From Caedibacter taeniospiralis (GTDB lineage Bacteria; Pseudomonadota; Gammaproteobacteria; Francisellales; Francisellaceae), in the NCBI RefSeq assembly GCF_002803295.2, contig NZ_PGGB02000007.1:9365-41364 (forward strand): a stretch of DNA of 32,000 nucleotides, given 5' to 3'. Made by a program: the position numbers and the translations under genes. The notes under the pieces were generated by a model that was not told the DNA's origin, made no database searches, and saw only the letters and a list, made by a program, of their open reading frames with translations. Shown in pieces: positions 21,302 through 31,537 of this stretch (positions within the stretch are counted from its first letter, which is position 1; each line of letters starts with the position of its first letter).

Positions 21302-23896
21302 TCAGTTTTCCGTACCAGTATTACCCGTTTGTTTCGAGAAAACAAAACCGTCGCTCTCACTGGTCACCTGGATGACATCACCTGGGACATAACGCCCTTC
21401 GAGCAAATAAGTTGCTAAGGGGTTTTCTATGTAATGCTGAATCGCGCGTTTAAGCGGTCTTGCACCAAACACAGGATCGAAACCATGATCAGCCAGTTCG
21501 TCCATGGCAACGGCAGAAACCTCCAGTTTTAAATCACGTTCATGCAAACGTTTACGCACGCGATTAATCTGAATCTCGGCGATTTGTTTGATCATTTCCT
21601 TACTCAATGGTTCAAACACAACCGTTTCATCAATACGATTAACAAACTCTGGTCTAAAGTGCTGCAGCACAATCTGTAAAACGGCTTGTTTAACTTTATC
21701 ATAACCTTCACGGTGGAGTTTTTCCTGAATTAAATGTGAACCCAAGTTTGAGGTCATAATAAGTAGCGTATTTTTAAAATCTACTGTACGCCCCTGGCTA
21801 TCGGTTAAGCGTCCATCATCCAGTATTTGCAACAGAATATTAAACACATCAGGGTGTGCTTTTTCTACTTCATCAAGCAAAATAACTGAATAAGGCTTAC
21901 GTCTGACATGCTCCGTTAAATAACCTCCCTGCTCGTAACCCACGTAGCCTGGAGGTGCACCAATCAGGCGCGCAACTGAATGTTTCTCCATAAACTCGGA
22001 CATGTCCACTCTTAGCATCGCATCTTCACTGTCAAACATAAACTCGGCTAATGCTTTAGTAAGCTCAGTTTTACCGACTCCTGTTGGTCCCAGAAATAAA
22101 AAGGAACCCGTTGGGCGATTAGGATCGGATAAACCAGAGCGGGCACGCCTTACCGCATTGGATACCGCAAGAATTGCTTCTTTTTGCCCAATGACACGCT
22201 TAGCCAAAAAATCTTCCATATGTAAAAGTTTCTCACGTTCACCTTCCATCATTTTATTGACAGGAATCCCAGTCGATTTAGATACCACTTCAGCAATTTC
22301 ATTTTCAGTGACTTGTGTGCGTACCAGTTTGGTCTTAACAGGATCTGCTTTTGCTATCGACTTAATCTGCTCTTCCAGTTGCGGGATAAGCCCATATTGT
22401 AACTCCGCCATTTTTGATAAATCACCAACACGTTTAGCCGCATCAAGGTCAATTTTTGCCTGGTCAAGCTGCTCCTTGAGCTTTTGAGAGCCTTGCATCT
22501 GTGCCTTTTCAGATTTCCAGATTTCCTCAAAGCCTGAATACTCTTTCTCAAGCGCTTTGATTTCATCTTCCAATACATCTAAGCGTTTTTTGGTTGCCTC
22601 ATCTTTTTCTTTTTTTAGCTGCTCACGCTGCATTTTTAATTGAATGATTTTGCGATATAATTTTTCCATTTCCTCAGGGCGAGAATCTATCTCCATCCTG
22701 ATTTGGCTTGCGGCTTCATCCATTAAATCAATTGCCTTATCAGGCAGTTGCCTGTCGGTAATATAACGATGCGATAAAGTCGCCGCAGCGACAATTGCAG
22801 GGTCAGTAATATCTACTCCATGATGCACTTCATAGCGCTCTTTAAGCCCACGTAAAATCGCAATCGTATCTTCAACCGTGGGTTCATCAACAAGCACTTT
22901 TTGAAATCTGCGCTCCAATGCGGGATCTTTCTCCACATGTTCGCGATACTCATCCAGTGTGGTAGCCCCAACGCATCTTAACTCGCCACGCGCCAAGGCA
23001 GGTTTAAGCATGTTCCCCGCATCCATTGAACCCTCGGCTTTTCCAGCACCCACCATCGTGTGAAGCTCATCAATAAACAGAATCACACTGCCTTCCTGCT
23101 TAGAAAGCTCTTTAAGCACTGATTTTAAGCGCTCCTCAAAATCCCCTCTAAACTTTGCCCCTGCTAACAATGCACCTAAATCCAATGACAAAATACGTTT
23201 GTTACGCACACCCTCTGGCACCTCATTATTCACAATGCGTTGCGCCAAGCCTTCAACAATAGCCGTTTTACCAACACCCGGACGCCCAATGAGCACGGGG
23301 TTGTTTTTGGTTCGCCTTTGTAAAACCTGGATTGTGCGGCGAATCTCATCATCGCGCCCAATCACAGGATCAATCTTACCAAGACGCGCACGTTCAGTCA
23401 GGTCAATGGTGTATTTCTTCAAAGCGCCTTGCATGTCCTCAGCATTTTGACTCTCAACACGCGCACCTCCTCTGACCTTATCTACCGCCCTTTCGAGCAC
23501 TTCTTTTGTGAGATTTGCTGCTTTAAATATTCCGCTTATTGCCCCATCAGTAAATCCTGCAATCAAAAACAGATCGCTTGAAATAAATTCATCCTTTTTC
23601 TCAAGTGATAGTTTTTCCATTTGTTGAAGTATTTTAATGAGATTGTTTGATGCGCCAATCTGACTCACAGCAGTACTTCTGGCAAGATTATTAAGGGTGC
23701 TGTTTAACTCCATATTCAGCGCACCTAAATTACCACCTGCCTGAGTAATAATTGAGGCAATCATTCCCCCTTCCTGATCCAGCAATGCTTTTAATATATG
23801 CACGGGTTCAAGCATGGTATGGCTTTTGCTGATCGCTAAACTCTGCGCTTCGCTAAGCGCCTCCTGTAATTTATGAGTAAATTTTTCTGCTTTCAT
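21302..23896 (-). CDS. clpB: ATP-dependent chaperone ClpB
   Basis: 864 aa; two AAA+ Walker A motifs [15 protein letters not shown] and [16 protein letters not shown]; central coiled-coil domain; Clp N-domain. Confidence 0.98.
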   Translation of the reverse strand: MKAEKFTHKLQEALSEAQSLAISKSHTMLEPVHILKALLDQEGGMIASIITQAGGNLGALNMELNSTLNNLARSTAVSQIGASNNLIKILQQMEKLSLEKKDEFISSDLFLIAGFTDGAISGIFKAANLTKEVLERAVDKVRGGARVESQNAEDMQGALKKYTIDLTERARLGKIDPVIGRDDEIRRTIQVLQRRTKNNPVLIGRPGVGKTAIVEGLAQRIVNNEVPEGVRNKRILSLDLGALLAGAKFRGDFEERLKSVLKELSKQEGSVILFIDELHTMVGAGKAEGSMDAGNMLKPALARGELRCVGATTLDEYREHVEKDPALERRFQKVLVDEPTVEDTIAILRGLKERYEVHHGVDITDPAIVAAATLSHRYITDRQLPDKAIDLMDEAASQIRMEIDSRPEEMEKLYRKIIQLKMQREQLKKEKDEATKKRLDVLEDEIKALEKEYSGFEEIWKSEKAQMQGSQKLKEQLDQAKIDLDAAKRVGDLSKMAELQYGLIPQLEEQIKSIAKADPVKTKLVRTQVTENEIAEVVSKSTGIPVNKMMEGEREKLLHMEDFLAKRVIGQKEAILAVSNAVRRARSGLSDPNRPTGSFLFLGPTGVGKTELTKALAEFMFDSEDAMLRVDMSEFMEKHSVARLIGAPPGYVGYEQGGYLTEHVRRKPYSVILLDEVEKAHPDVFNILLQILDDGRLTDSQGRTVDFKNTLLIMTSNLGSHLIQEKLHREGYDKVKQAVLQIVLQHFRPEFVNRIDETVVFEPLSKEMIKQIAEIQINRVRKRLHERDLKLEVSAVAMDELADHGFDPVFGARPLKRAIQHYIENPLATYLLEGRYVPGDVIQVTSESDGFVFSKQTGNTGTEN

Positions 23897-23955
23897 TTTT
23901 TCTATCCATTTATATTGAAATATATACCAAACGGTACGGTGAATTTAATGCCTAA

Positions 23956-23984
23956 CAAGTGCGGATAAGAAAGTTTTTTTCAAG
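23956..23984 (-). promoter_or_regulatory. Candidate sigma32-type promoter of clpB
   Basis: Minus strand: CTTGAA (23984-23979), 14-nt spacer, CCGCACTTG (23964-23956); compare heat-shock consensus CTTGAA-N14-CCCCATTTA. Confidence 0.5.
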
Positions 23985-24104
23985 AGAATTTTGGGGTTAT
24001 CTATAGCAACTCCAAGTCTTCTGAAAAATCACTCAAAGTAACAAAAGTGTAAATATTCAGACCCTCCACCTATTGAATGCGCCCCACGCAAGATCATTTT
24101 TTTC

Positions 24105-24133
24105 TTGAAATCTATTTCTCAAGCCTTATTTAT
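24105..24133 (+). promoter_or_regulatory. Candidate sigma32-type promoter of hsp20
   Basis: CTTGAA (24105-24110), 14-nt spacer, CCTTATTTA (24125-24133); same spacing as the clpB candidate. Confidence 0.55.
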
Positions 24134-24233
24134 CTCCACGTAATACGCCAAGAGGGTATTACGCAACGTGCTAAGTCGCAGACTTATCGGCTTAGTTCTT
24201 CACATAAAACTTGCTAAATTAGGAGTAAAAATT

Positions 24234-24668
24234 ATGAACACATTAGACGCACTCGTAAGAAATGCCATCGGCTTTGATCGCTTATTCGCTTTGGCTGAGA
24301 CAGGCAAGCCAACAAGCTATCCCCCTTATAACATTGAGGTTTTAAGTGAGCACGATTACCTGATCAGCATGGCGATTGCTGGATTTAAAGAATCTGAGAT
24401 TGACATTACCGTGCACCAGGGGAAACTCACAGTTACTGGCAACAAAGCGGATGATAACAAAGAACGTAAGTTTATCCATCGTGGCATTGCTGAGCGCTCA
24501 TTTACCCATACTTTCGAGCTTGCTGATCACATTGAAGTCAAAAGTGCACACTTTGAAAATGGTATTTTAAACATAGGCTTAGTCAAAGAAATCCCCGAGG
24601 CAATGCAGCCAAAGAAAATTAAAATAAACACCATGACTTCGTCAAAAACGATTGAGCAGGCAGAGTAA
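24234..24668 (+). CDS. Small heat shock protein Hsp20 (IbpA family)
   Basis: Start set at ATG 24234 (SD aggag) rather than 24168: MNTLDALVRNAIGFDRLFALAETGKPTSYPPYNIEVLSEHDYLISMAIAGFKESEIDITVHQGKLTVTG...HRGIAERSFTHTFELADHIEVKSAHFENGILNIGLVKEIPEAMQPKKI. Confidence 0.95.
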   Translation: MNTLDALVRNAIGFDRLFALAETGKPTSYPPYNIEVLSEHDYLISMAIAGFKESEIDITVHQGKLTVTGNKADDNKERKFIHRGIAERSFTHTFELADHIEVKSAHFENGILNIGLVKEIPEAMQPKKIKINTMTSSKTIEQAE

Positions 24669-24694
24669 GTTGCTTAAACACTGAAGTTACGCAA

Positions 24695-25465
24695 TCAATG
24701 CCTTTCAACTAACTTCCAGGCTTGTTCTTTGTACGACAAGGCTGCTTCAGCTGGTTTGTATGCGGCATAAATCCCACGTCCTACAATAATAATATCTGAC
24801 TTTTTCTCACCAATAACATACTCAGGGGTATTATAATTTTGTCCTAGCCCATCCCCTTTAGCATCAAAATTCACCCCTGGCGTCATCGTAATGAGATCAT
24901 TATCCTGAGTTAATTTTTCCTGAGCGATAAAGCCGATGATAAAATCCTTATTTTTTTCAGCTTCACTTACTGTTTTTGCGGTATATTCAGGGCTAAATAA
25001 ATTGCCTTTACTACTCATTTGCGCCAACAGCAATAGTCCGATATCGCGTCCCTTACACCCTTCTTTTAAGCCATCAATAATGCCCACACCAGGCAAAAGA
25101 TGGGCATTGATAATGTCTGCCCATTCAGCAATATGATAAATGCCATCTCTGACCTGGTGACAAACGGTATTACCGATGTCGGCAAACTTACGATCTTCAA
25201 AAATCAAAAATCCCGCCTCATCAGCAAGTTTGCGTAAACGCTGTGTTAATAGTGAAGTAAAATCAGTAACAATATCAATGTGGGTTTTCAAAACAGCGAT
25301 ATGATCCGCCGTTTGCTCAACAAGGCGAATTAACGCCTCACTATCGGTCACATCAGCTGACAAGGCCAGATTGGTTTTTTTACTGGTAACGATATGGTGT
25401 AATTTCTCTGTAACAGGGTGATGGGATTTAGAAAAAGAAAGCTGCATATTGCTCAAATCCTTCAA
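24695..25465 (-). CDS. pyrF: Orotidine 5'-phosphate decarboxylase, eukaryote-like subtype
   Basis: GFLIFEDRKFADIGNTVCHQ active-site segment, LLLLAQMSSKGNL, FIIGFIAQ, MTPGVNFDAKGDGLGQNY.TPEYVI..KSDIIIVGRGIY. Confidence 0.93.
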   Translation of the reverse strand: MKDLSNMQLSFSKSHHPVTEKLHHIVTSKKTNLALSADVTDSEALIRLVEQTADHIAVLKTHIDIVTDFTSLLTQRLRKLADEAGFLIFEDRKFADIGNTVCHQVRDGIYHIAEWADIINAHLLPGVGIIDGLKEGCKGRDIGLLLLAQMSSKGNLFSPEYTAKTVSEAEKNKDFIIGFIAQEKLTQDNDLITMTPGVNFDAKGDGLGQNYNTPEYVIGEKKSDIIIVGRGIYAAYKPAEAALSYKEQAWKLVERH

Positions 25466-25654
25466 TGACGATTTGAGCGCGAACTATAGCATAGTTGTTA
25501 TTGCAGGTCTATGCTGGACTTGCTGCATACACGACTAGAGTTGACAAGGGCGTTTCTATTGATGCTGAAGTTTAAAAGATCTCAACTAAGACACACAATG
25601 TTTCGCTCTGGTAGAGTAAGCCCAAAATGTTTATTGTTATTGCCGTTTTGTCAA

Positions 25655-27844
25655 TCAATTATTTGGCAGGCTGAAGTAGGGATTAGGGTTGCCTGTAGAG
25701 TTAAATTGGATAGTATTTGCTGAATTATCACCAAATTGCAACGATTGATAATTATTGTATTGGCAGTTACCACCCATTTGTGAGACGCATTGCAAGGCAA
25801 AATCCCAGGTAATCTGATCGTGTCCATCGACGTCATGCGCTTGAGATGCGAGGTTAAATACGCCCAGATATCCATCGGGAAAGGCAATAGACTGATAGGT
25901 GCTGTATTGATACGCTCCGCTATGCGAATGGACAAAGGCATTGGAGTCAACGGTCATGGGATAGCCACAACCGCCACCACTTTGACAGAGTCCTGAATCA
26001 AGGGCTGCAATCCATGGGGAAGATGACCATCCTCCAAAGCCTTGTTGATTAAGCGTGAAATCATTATCACTGCCCTTGAAGCTGATCTCAAAATATTTGA
26101 CATATTGTGGCGAACCAACGGGTGAGTATCCATAGTGTTGATTGTAGTCATAGGGTTGTAACTGGCTGGTCATGCCGTTGTAAGTCATGTAGTATGACAG
26201 AGCGGTATCTTGTGCAGCCCTTAAATTTAAGTCGAACGAATCACATGAAGCCTTGAGCGTGCCGTTGCCATATTGTCCTGTAAAAGGATTACTGACTACC
26301 CCCTGCCAAGTAAAGACATTACATTTTTGCGTCCATGGATATGCGTTACAAGTCGTGGCTCCATTTACGCATAAATTGTCGGTTTGTGCTGGAGGCATAT
26401 TAGCTTGTACCTTGGCATATTGTGGCTGATAGTTAGCAGCATAGGCATAAGAGTATTGTGGCAAACCAGTGTCTGACCAATCGCTTGGGTAGCTTGCCGT
26501 AGCATTAAAATCATCACTGATAAGATAAGACGAAGTAACATCGAAAATACCAGGAGCCCCTGTTAGGTTATTGTTTGAATCTCTGGATCCCATGATAAGA
26601 TTCTCAAAATATTGATTAATGACCGCCTGCTGGTTGGCAAAAGAACCAGTCGCCCCTTCAATGGGCGAGACCAAATCCTCAAAACCTGCGACATTGGCTT
26701 GCAGATAAGCCGCTGTAAGAAGGATGTTATAGGTTTGCTGGATTGAAACCAAAGAGCTCATATAAATATTCATCAGGCTCTCATTGTAGCCATTAATAAA
26801 TTGAACAGGGTCTGTGCCCATGCCGTAATTACTGGCAACAAATTGCGCTTTCATTTGTTCATTTAATGAATTGACAAATGTGTAATAAAAGCCATCTTTT
26901 GAATCTGTGCTGGTTAAGTCACGAATATTATCGGCTAGACTTGCCAAATAGCTGTTTGTCAGCAAGGCTTGCAGTTGAGCCTGTGCCTCTGTATTCGTAC
27001 TTAAATCAGACAAGCTATGAATATTTACTGTGGCGTTAGTAAACTGATCCCACTGGGTTTGAATCCCAGTAGCTAGCATCTTTGCCTCTACCGCGTAATT
27101 TGTCGATTGATCAGCAAGAACCTGATTGTAAAGTGCTGCAAATCCACCAAGTAATTCATTGAGATCGTTTTGAATGGTGGCAAGATCAGCCAGCGCCTCG
27201 TTCATCTCACTATTGAGCTGATTTAAGTCGCTTTCAATTGCTGCACTAGGGGAGCTGGGATTAATGCCAAACTTCTTAGCTATTTCAGAAGTTGCCCAAT
27301 CCATAGTCTTGCCCACCGCCCAATCCACAAGACCATCAACGACAGGACCGTTTGGTGGAGTTGTTGTCTTTTCAGCTGACAAAGGTGACAATTTACTTAA
27401 CTGTTTAAGATCCGTAGCTTGCAATCGCCCATCTAAGGAAAAACTCACGCTAAATTGATCCTTGGCCGATTGAGGTTGAGCTAACTGACCATAGATTTCA
27501 AGCCCTGCTGTGGTTGTTCCAGAAACAGTAATCATATCGTCATTAAATGCAATATGATCAGGGATGATAGTCGCTTGTGAATTGCGACGAGCCACTTCCA
27601 GGTTTTTGCGCCACAATAACGTTTTGCCATTTTTTGCATCTACAGCGACGACAAATCCTGCGGTTTTCCCTTTGGGCTTGATTCCGCCAAATGCCTCGTG
27701 CAGTGTGCCTGTAAAATAGCCTGCAAGATAAATTGTATGGTCTTTGATTGCCATCGCTGTTACGTGAATGGCGCGACTATTATCAAGCGCTAAGCTCACC
27801 TGCCAGTCAATGGCAGAATGATATATCAAAACTCTCAGGCTCAA
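25655..27844 (-). pseudogene. Large probably exported protein with N-terminal SBBP/beta-propeller-like fragment; 5' end apparently missing
   Basis: The ORF opens with a TTG codon and no obvious SD. N-terminal fragment AMAIKDHTIYLAGYFTGTL..GFVVAVDAKNGKTLLWRKNL resembles propeller repeats but no signal peptide precedes it. Long helical mid-region, then Y/N/S/G-rich Cys-containing C-terminal half. Confidence 0.55.
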
Positions 27845-28040
27845 GTACCAACGAATGAATCACTGAACCTAACAACATATCAGGCGTTTGTACCATCGGT
27901 TCCTTACGCAAGAACAAATGCGGATTATCTAACAATAACTTAACCTGTGAAGCTGACAACGCCTCATGTGCAAGATAAGCATCATGAGTCATTTTGTTTA
28001 TTTTTCCTATTTTACCTGTTTTTTCTATTGTAGCTTTCAT
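27807..28040 (-). pseudogene. Fragment of phage RecE/exonuclease VIII-like PD-(D/E)XK family gene (N-terminal ~60 residues only)
   Basis: HEALSASQVKLLLDNPHLFLRKEPMVQTPDMLLGSVIHSLVLEPESF is typical of the N terminus of putative exodeoxyribonuclease VIII-like proteins; similarity stops at the junction and the ORF ends after a few more codons. Confidence 0.7.
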
Positions 28041-28135
28041 GCGATTGCTCCTTTTTGTCGAGTAGACATTTCTGTTTCTCCTATTTATATTTGTTTATAT
28101 TCAATACAATGTGAAGACGCACAATGCCCCTCACA

Positions 28136-28168
28136 GAACCGTACTTGTAGATTTCCCACATACGGCTC
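28136..28168 (-). ncRNA. Group II intron domain V
   Basis: GAGCCGTATGTGGGAAATCTACAAGTACGGTTC; 8-bp basal helix GAGCCGUA/UACGGUUC containing the AGC catalytic triad. Confidence 0.88.
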
Positions 28169-28179
28169 TTCAACTTAAC

Positions 28180-29517
28180 TCACAGCGCTACCAACGTGTA
28201 AAATATGTGATTGATTCGTGGTCGCGGTAACGGATGGCGCTCTACATATTTATTAAAGTCCCACCAGTTCATTTTCCGCTTCTGGCTTCTTCGATTTAAC
28301 CACTTCAGCGTCTGTCTCATGGCTATCGAATAATACTTCGCTATCGAGGGGTAGTTTCCACTCACTCCGTAATATTCAAAATGCCCTCTTAGCTTCGCTT
28401 TCAGTATTTTCCACCACTCTTTTGTCGGGAGTACATTCCTAATCGATTTCAGCCACAAGTTCAAATCTTTGCACTTGGCTCGAAACTTCTTAGCGCTCGT
28501 TTTCCGACCCAGTTTGAAATACCCCTTTCTTGTCTTATCACAAAAATGGGTAAATCCTAGAAAATCAAACGTATTCGCCTTGCGTCCAGCATTCAAAGCA
28601 TTCAGCTTCTCAAACCGTCCAAAGCTTATGTTCCGACTCTTCTCTGGATGAAGCTGTAGTTCATGCTTGTTAAATCTATTCGCCAATGCCCGCTCAATCT
28701 TGCGGGCATCTTCCTGATACTGTATCAAGCACACAAAGTCATCTGCATACCTCACCAGCCTGCAAAATCCTTCAACGTGCTGCTTTACCGTATCTTCAAA
28801 CCATTTATCTAATACATAATGCAAAAATATATTCGCCAACATCGGACTTAATATACTCCCTTGTGGCGTACCTTTCTCCGTGTCGATCAATACCCCTTTA
28901 TCTATGTACCCCGCCCTTAAAAAGCAGTCTATCAGATGTAGCAAACTCGTATCCTTCACCCGTATCTTCACAAAGTCCTTCAGTTTCTCGTGCGATACGT
29001 TATCGAAGAACCCCTTTATATCCGCTTCCACCAAATGGTTCACAGGTTGGGTCATGATCGCCTTATCGACTTCATTTAACGCCTGATGAGTATTCCTTCC
29101 TGGTCTAAACCCATACGAGCATTCCAGAAAGTCCTGTTCATATATGCTTTGCAGAATCAGCATTATACCGCTCTCAACAATCTTGTTCTCAATTGCAGAG
29201 ATACCTAACGGGCGGCTTTCACCATTTCCTTTAGGGATATATACCCTTCTACTTGGCATTGGCTTAAATGTCTTGCGCTTTAATCGCATGACCAGATTCT
29301 CTATCTTATCCGCTACGTCCACGCCATATTCTTGCCAACTTACTTTGTCTATTCCTACCGCCTTGTTTCTATCAAGTCCATAGTAGCAATAGCTGAGAAA
29401 CTCCGCGTCAAGTAAATGAGCCAGGCTCGTAAACTCAAAACTTCGATTCCCTCGCGCGCACTCTGCTATAGAAGACAACTTCAACAATGTTTTATTCAAC
29501 TCTGCGTTTGACATCAC
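28180..29517 (-). CDS. ltrA: Group II intron reverse transcriptase/maturase
   Basis: RPLGISAIENKIVESGIMLILQSIYEQDFLECSYGFRPGRNTHQAL, QGSILSPMLANIFLHYVLDKWF, RYADDFV, GWFTHF..LGR, LRGHFEYYGVSGN; no HNH endonuclease domain evident. Confidence 0.97.
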   Translation of the reverse strand: MMSNAELNKTLLKLSSIAECARGNRSFEFTSLAHLLDAEFLSYCYYGLDRNKAVGIDKVSWQEYGVDVADKIENLVMRLKRKTFKPMPSRRVYIPKGNGESRPLGISAIENKIVESGIMLILQSIYEQDFLECSYGFRPGRNTHQALNEVDKAIMTQPVNHLVEADIKGFFDNVSHEKLKDFVKIRVKDTSLLHLIDCFLRAGYIDKGVLIDTEKGTPQGSILSPMLANIFLHYVLDKWFEDTVKQHVEGFCRLVRYADDFVCLIQYQEDARKIERALANRFNKHELQLHPEKSRNISFGRFEKLNALNAGRKANTFDFLGFTHFCDKTRKGYFKLGRKTSAKKFRAKCKDLNLWLKSIRNVLPTKEWWKILKAKLRGHFEYYGVSGNYPSIAKYYSIAMRQTLKWLNRRSQKRKMNWWDFNKYVERHPLPRPRINHIFYTLVAL

Positions 29518-30200
29518 TCAAACTATCCTCTTGCGTTAAATTGCCAGCCCCTTCGAGTGGATTAGCCTCTGACCCTTCTCAGAGCTTCAATCTATCCTCG
29601 ATAGGCATTACCCTACCTACTCCTCTACTACGAACCAGTCCGACTACCTTGCTAAACCATCACCTCGTTTCTTCAACTTGCATGACAGCATTCAGAAATA
29701 GCAAGGTTCTCCCAAGTTCCAAAACAATCAGTTCATCTACCCGCTACGGACTCAGACCCCGACACCTCCGCGCATACTCGCCTGTTTACTTTGGGTTGTG
29801 CCAAACTTTTTTAAAAAAAAAAAAAAAACACATGCTCTAGTTTCGTATACAGCAGTTCTGATTTCAGGCAAATGAAAACCCTGATCAGGTGTGACGTTGA
29901 TTTATTACGGGGCTCAATACCTTCACTTGCGTTGTGGCTGATAGACCGCCCTTGCTACAGCTTCATACGCTGCGAGCCATGGACCTATGTGTAGTTCGGT
30001 TCCAGACCGGTGGCTAACCTTTATCTGGGCTGGATTGTCCAGCTTGATTGCCTTAGCTTTGCTTGGCGCACTCATAATTTTCTCCTGGGTTTGATTGATA
30101 ATTAACGTTTAGTTGTGTGGATGATAATGCCTTCAAAACGATCACATAAGAGCAAAATTTGGTCAATTGTGATAAAAATTACCATTGCTTATTTTTAACC

Positions 30201-31157
30201 TTAAACAATTATTGTTCCATTGCTCACATCCTGTCGCCAACAGCTGAGCATGAATTTTTCTACGTCTAAATAGCGCCCTTGTGATATGACAAAGGTATCC
30301 AAATTCCGCTCTATTTCCCAATTTTTGAGGACTTGTACCAGGGGGACTGTCTGCATATCGGTCAAACTAACAAGTCCGTTATCTAACATGGCAAACCCTA
30401 AATGCTGCCTTATAAGCTCACTCACCGATAAGTGCATTGACACCCGTGCTATCAAATTCAGCTGTACCGTTTTATGTTGATTGTCTTGTGAAAAGGTAAT
30501 CATCCCAGTTTCAAAAGGAGTCGCAATATAATCTAAATGGCGCAGATCTTCTGGCTGTTCAATCGGGTGACCTAAGGTGTCTAAAAAGCTTTGACTGCAA
30601 TATAGACCAAACTTTCCCTGCAAAGTAATCACTACTTTCCATTTGTCTTGATCAATTAAGTGGAGATTTTTTCTAGGCATCATTAATAAATCAAAGCTTT
30701 GTGCCAGACCCCTGATATGTGAACCAAAGCGTTCAAACATCGCAGGTGTGATCATTGTAATGTCAAAAATAATGTTGGGGAACTGAGTACGCAACGGAGC
30801 GAGCATGTACTTCACAAAGTAATGGTAAGACAAAGGAAACACGCCCATTTTGTAGGTGATTTTATCTCCAAAATTGTATAGGGTATCGACGTCTATATCC
30901 AGTTGTTCAATTTTAGGATAAATGGTTGCATATAGGCGTTGCCCAAACTCTGTTAATACAATTCCTTTGATACCACTGTCGTCTGAAATGATTTTTTGAT
31001 TAAAGGCAGACTCTAGCGTACGAATATACTCCCTGGCTGTTTTGATATTTACATTGAGCTTTTCCGCTGCACTCTTACGCGTTCCAAGTTTAACAAGTTC
31101 AGAAAAGTAAACCAGCTCGCGAGAGTAGCGAAAAATATCAATTTTGGATGCGCTCAT
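30201..31157 (-). CDS. LysR-family transcriptional regulator
   Basis: Alternative upstream start at 31184. N-terminal HTH FSELVKLGTRKSAAEKLNVNIKTAREYIRTLESAFNQKII..ITEFGQRLYA-like segment followed by a substrate-binding-like domain. Confidence 0.8.
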   Translation of the reverse strand: MSASKIDIFRYSRELVYFSELVKLGTRKSAAEKLNVNIKTAREYIRTLESAFNQKIISDDSGIKGIVLTEFGQRLYATIYPKIEQLDIDVDTLYNFGDKITYKMGVFPLSYHYFVKYMLAPLRTQFPNIIFDITMITPAMFERFGSHIRGLAQSFDLLMMPRKNLHLIDQDKWKVVITLQGKFGLYCSQSFLDTLGHPIEQPEDLRHLDYIATPFETGMITFSQDNQHKTVQLNLIARVSMHLSVSELIRQHLGFAMLDNGLVSLTDMQTVPLVQVLKNWEIERNLDTFVISQGRYLDVEKFMLSCWRQDVSNGTIIV

Positions 31158-31264
31158 TGCCAAATTTTCCCTGTTGTGAATCATAACAGTGAGAGATATA
31201 GCTCAAAGCTTTAAGATTTACAAGTCAAGTCAAAGCATAATAGGGCGCATTTCAGAGAAATCTT

Positions 31265-31365
31265 GGCTTGTGCAAATAATTCGCCCAAGCGTGTCGGTGT
31301 GAGTAATCAGTGTCCGTCACACTGACAACTCACAATTAGTGATGGGCGTCAATATAGTCATCACC
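31265..31365 (+). repeat. Dispersed imperfect-palindromic element, copy C
   Basis: ggcttgtgcaaataattcgcccaagcgtgtcggtgtgagtaatcagtgtccgtcacactgacaactcacaattagtgatgggcgtcaatatagtcatcacc; flanked by identical gaaatctt at 31257-31264 and 31366-31373. Confidence 0.85.
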
Positions 31366-31537
31366 GAAATCTTCCATTACAAAATGGTCGTTTATTAGCA
31401 AAAATTTGGTAAATGTTATAAGAAGCTCTTTTATCAAAATGGCGCACAGATGCACTGGCAATTTCCTCCCAAGATCGCTACCATGTCCCAAAGCTTCTAT
31501 TTTACGTGGCATCACCTATGGCTAAGAAAATTTATAA

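Larger units (their letters stand above)
28109..30071 (-). mobile_element. Group II intron (RNA domains plus RT/maturase ORF); boundaries approximate
   Basis: RT/maturase ORF, 3' domain V, 5' candidate GTGCGCC at 30071, characteristic DI-like segments (gccaccggtctggaaccgaa, ccacaacgcaagtgaaggta, ggaacttgggagaacc), and candidate 3' end CTTCACAT at about 28109. Confidence 0.65.

Noticed and set aside
29144-29840. Plus-strand ORFs opposite the intron (79 and 117 aa)
   Set aside because: Antisense to the RT ORF and structured intron RNA; low-complexity C terminus from the poly-A tract.
29921-30071. 50-codon minus-strand ORF MSAPSKAKAIKLDNPAQIKVSHRSG... preceded by an SD-like sequence
   Set aside because: It coincides with the proposed 5' end and domain I of the group II intron; the conserved ribozyme-like segments explain the sequence better than a protein.
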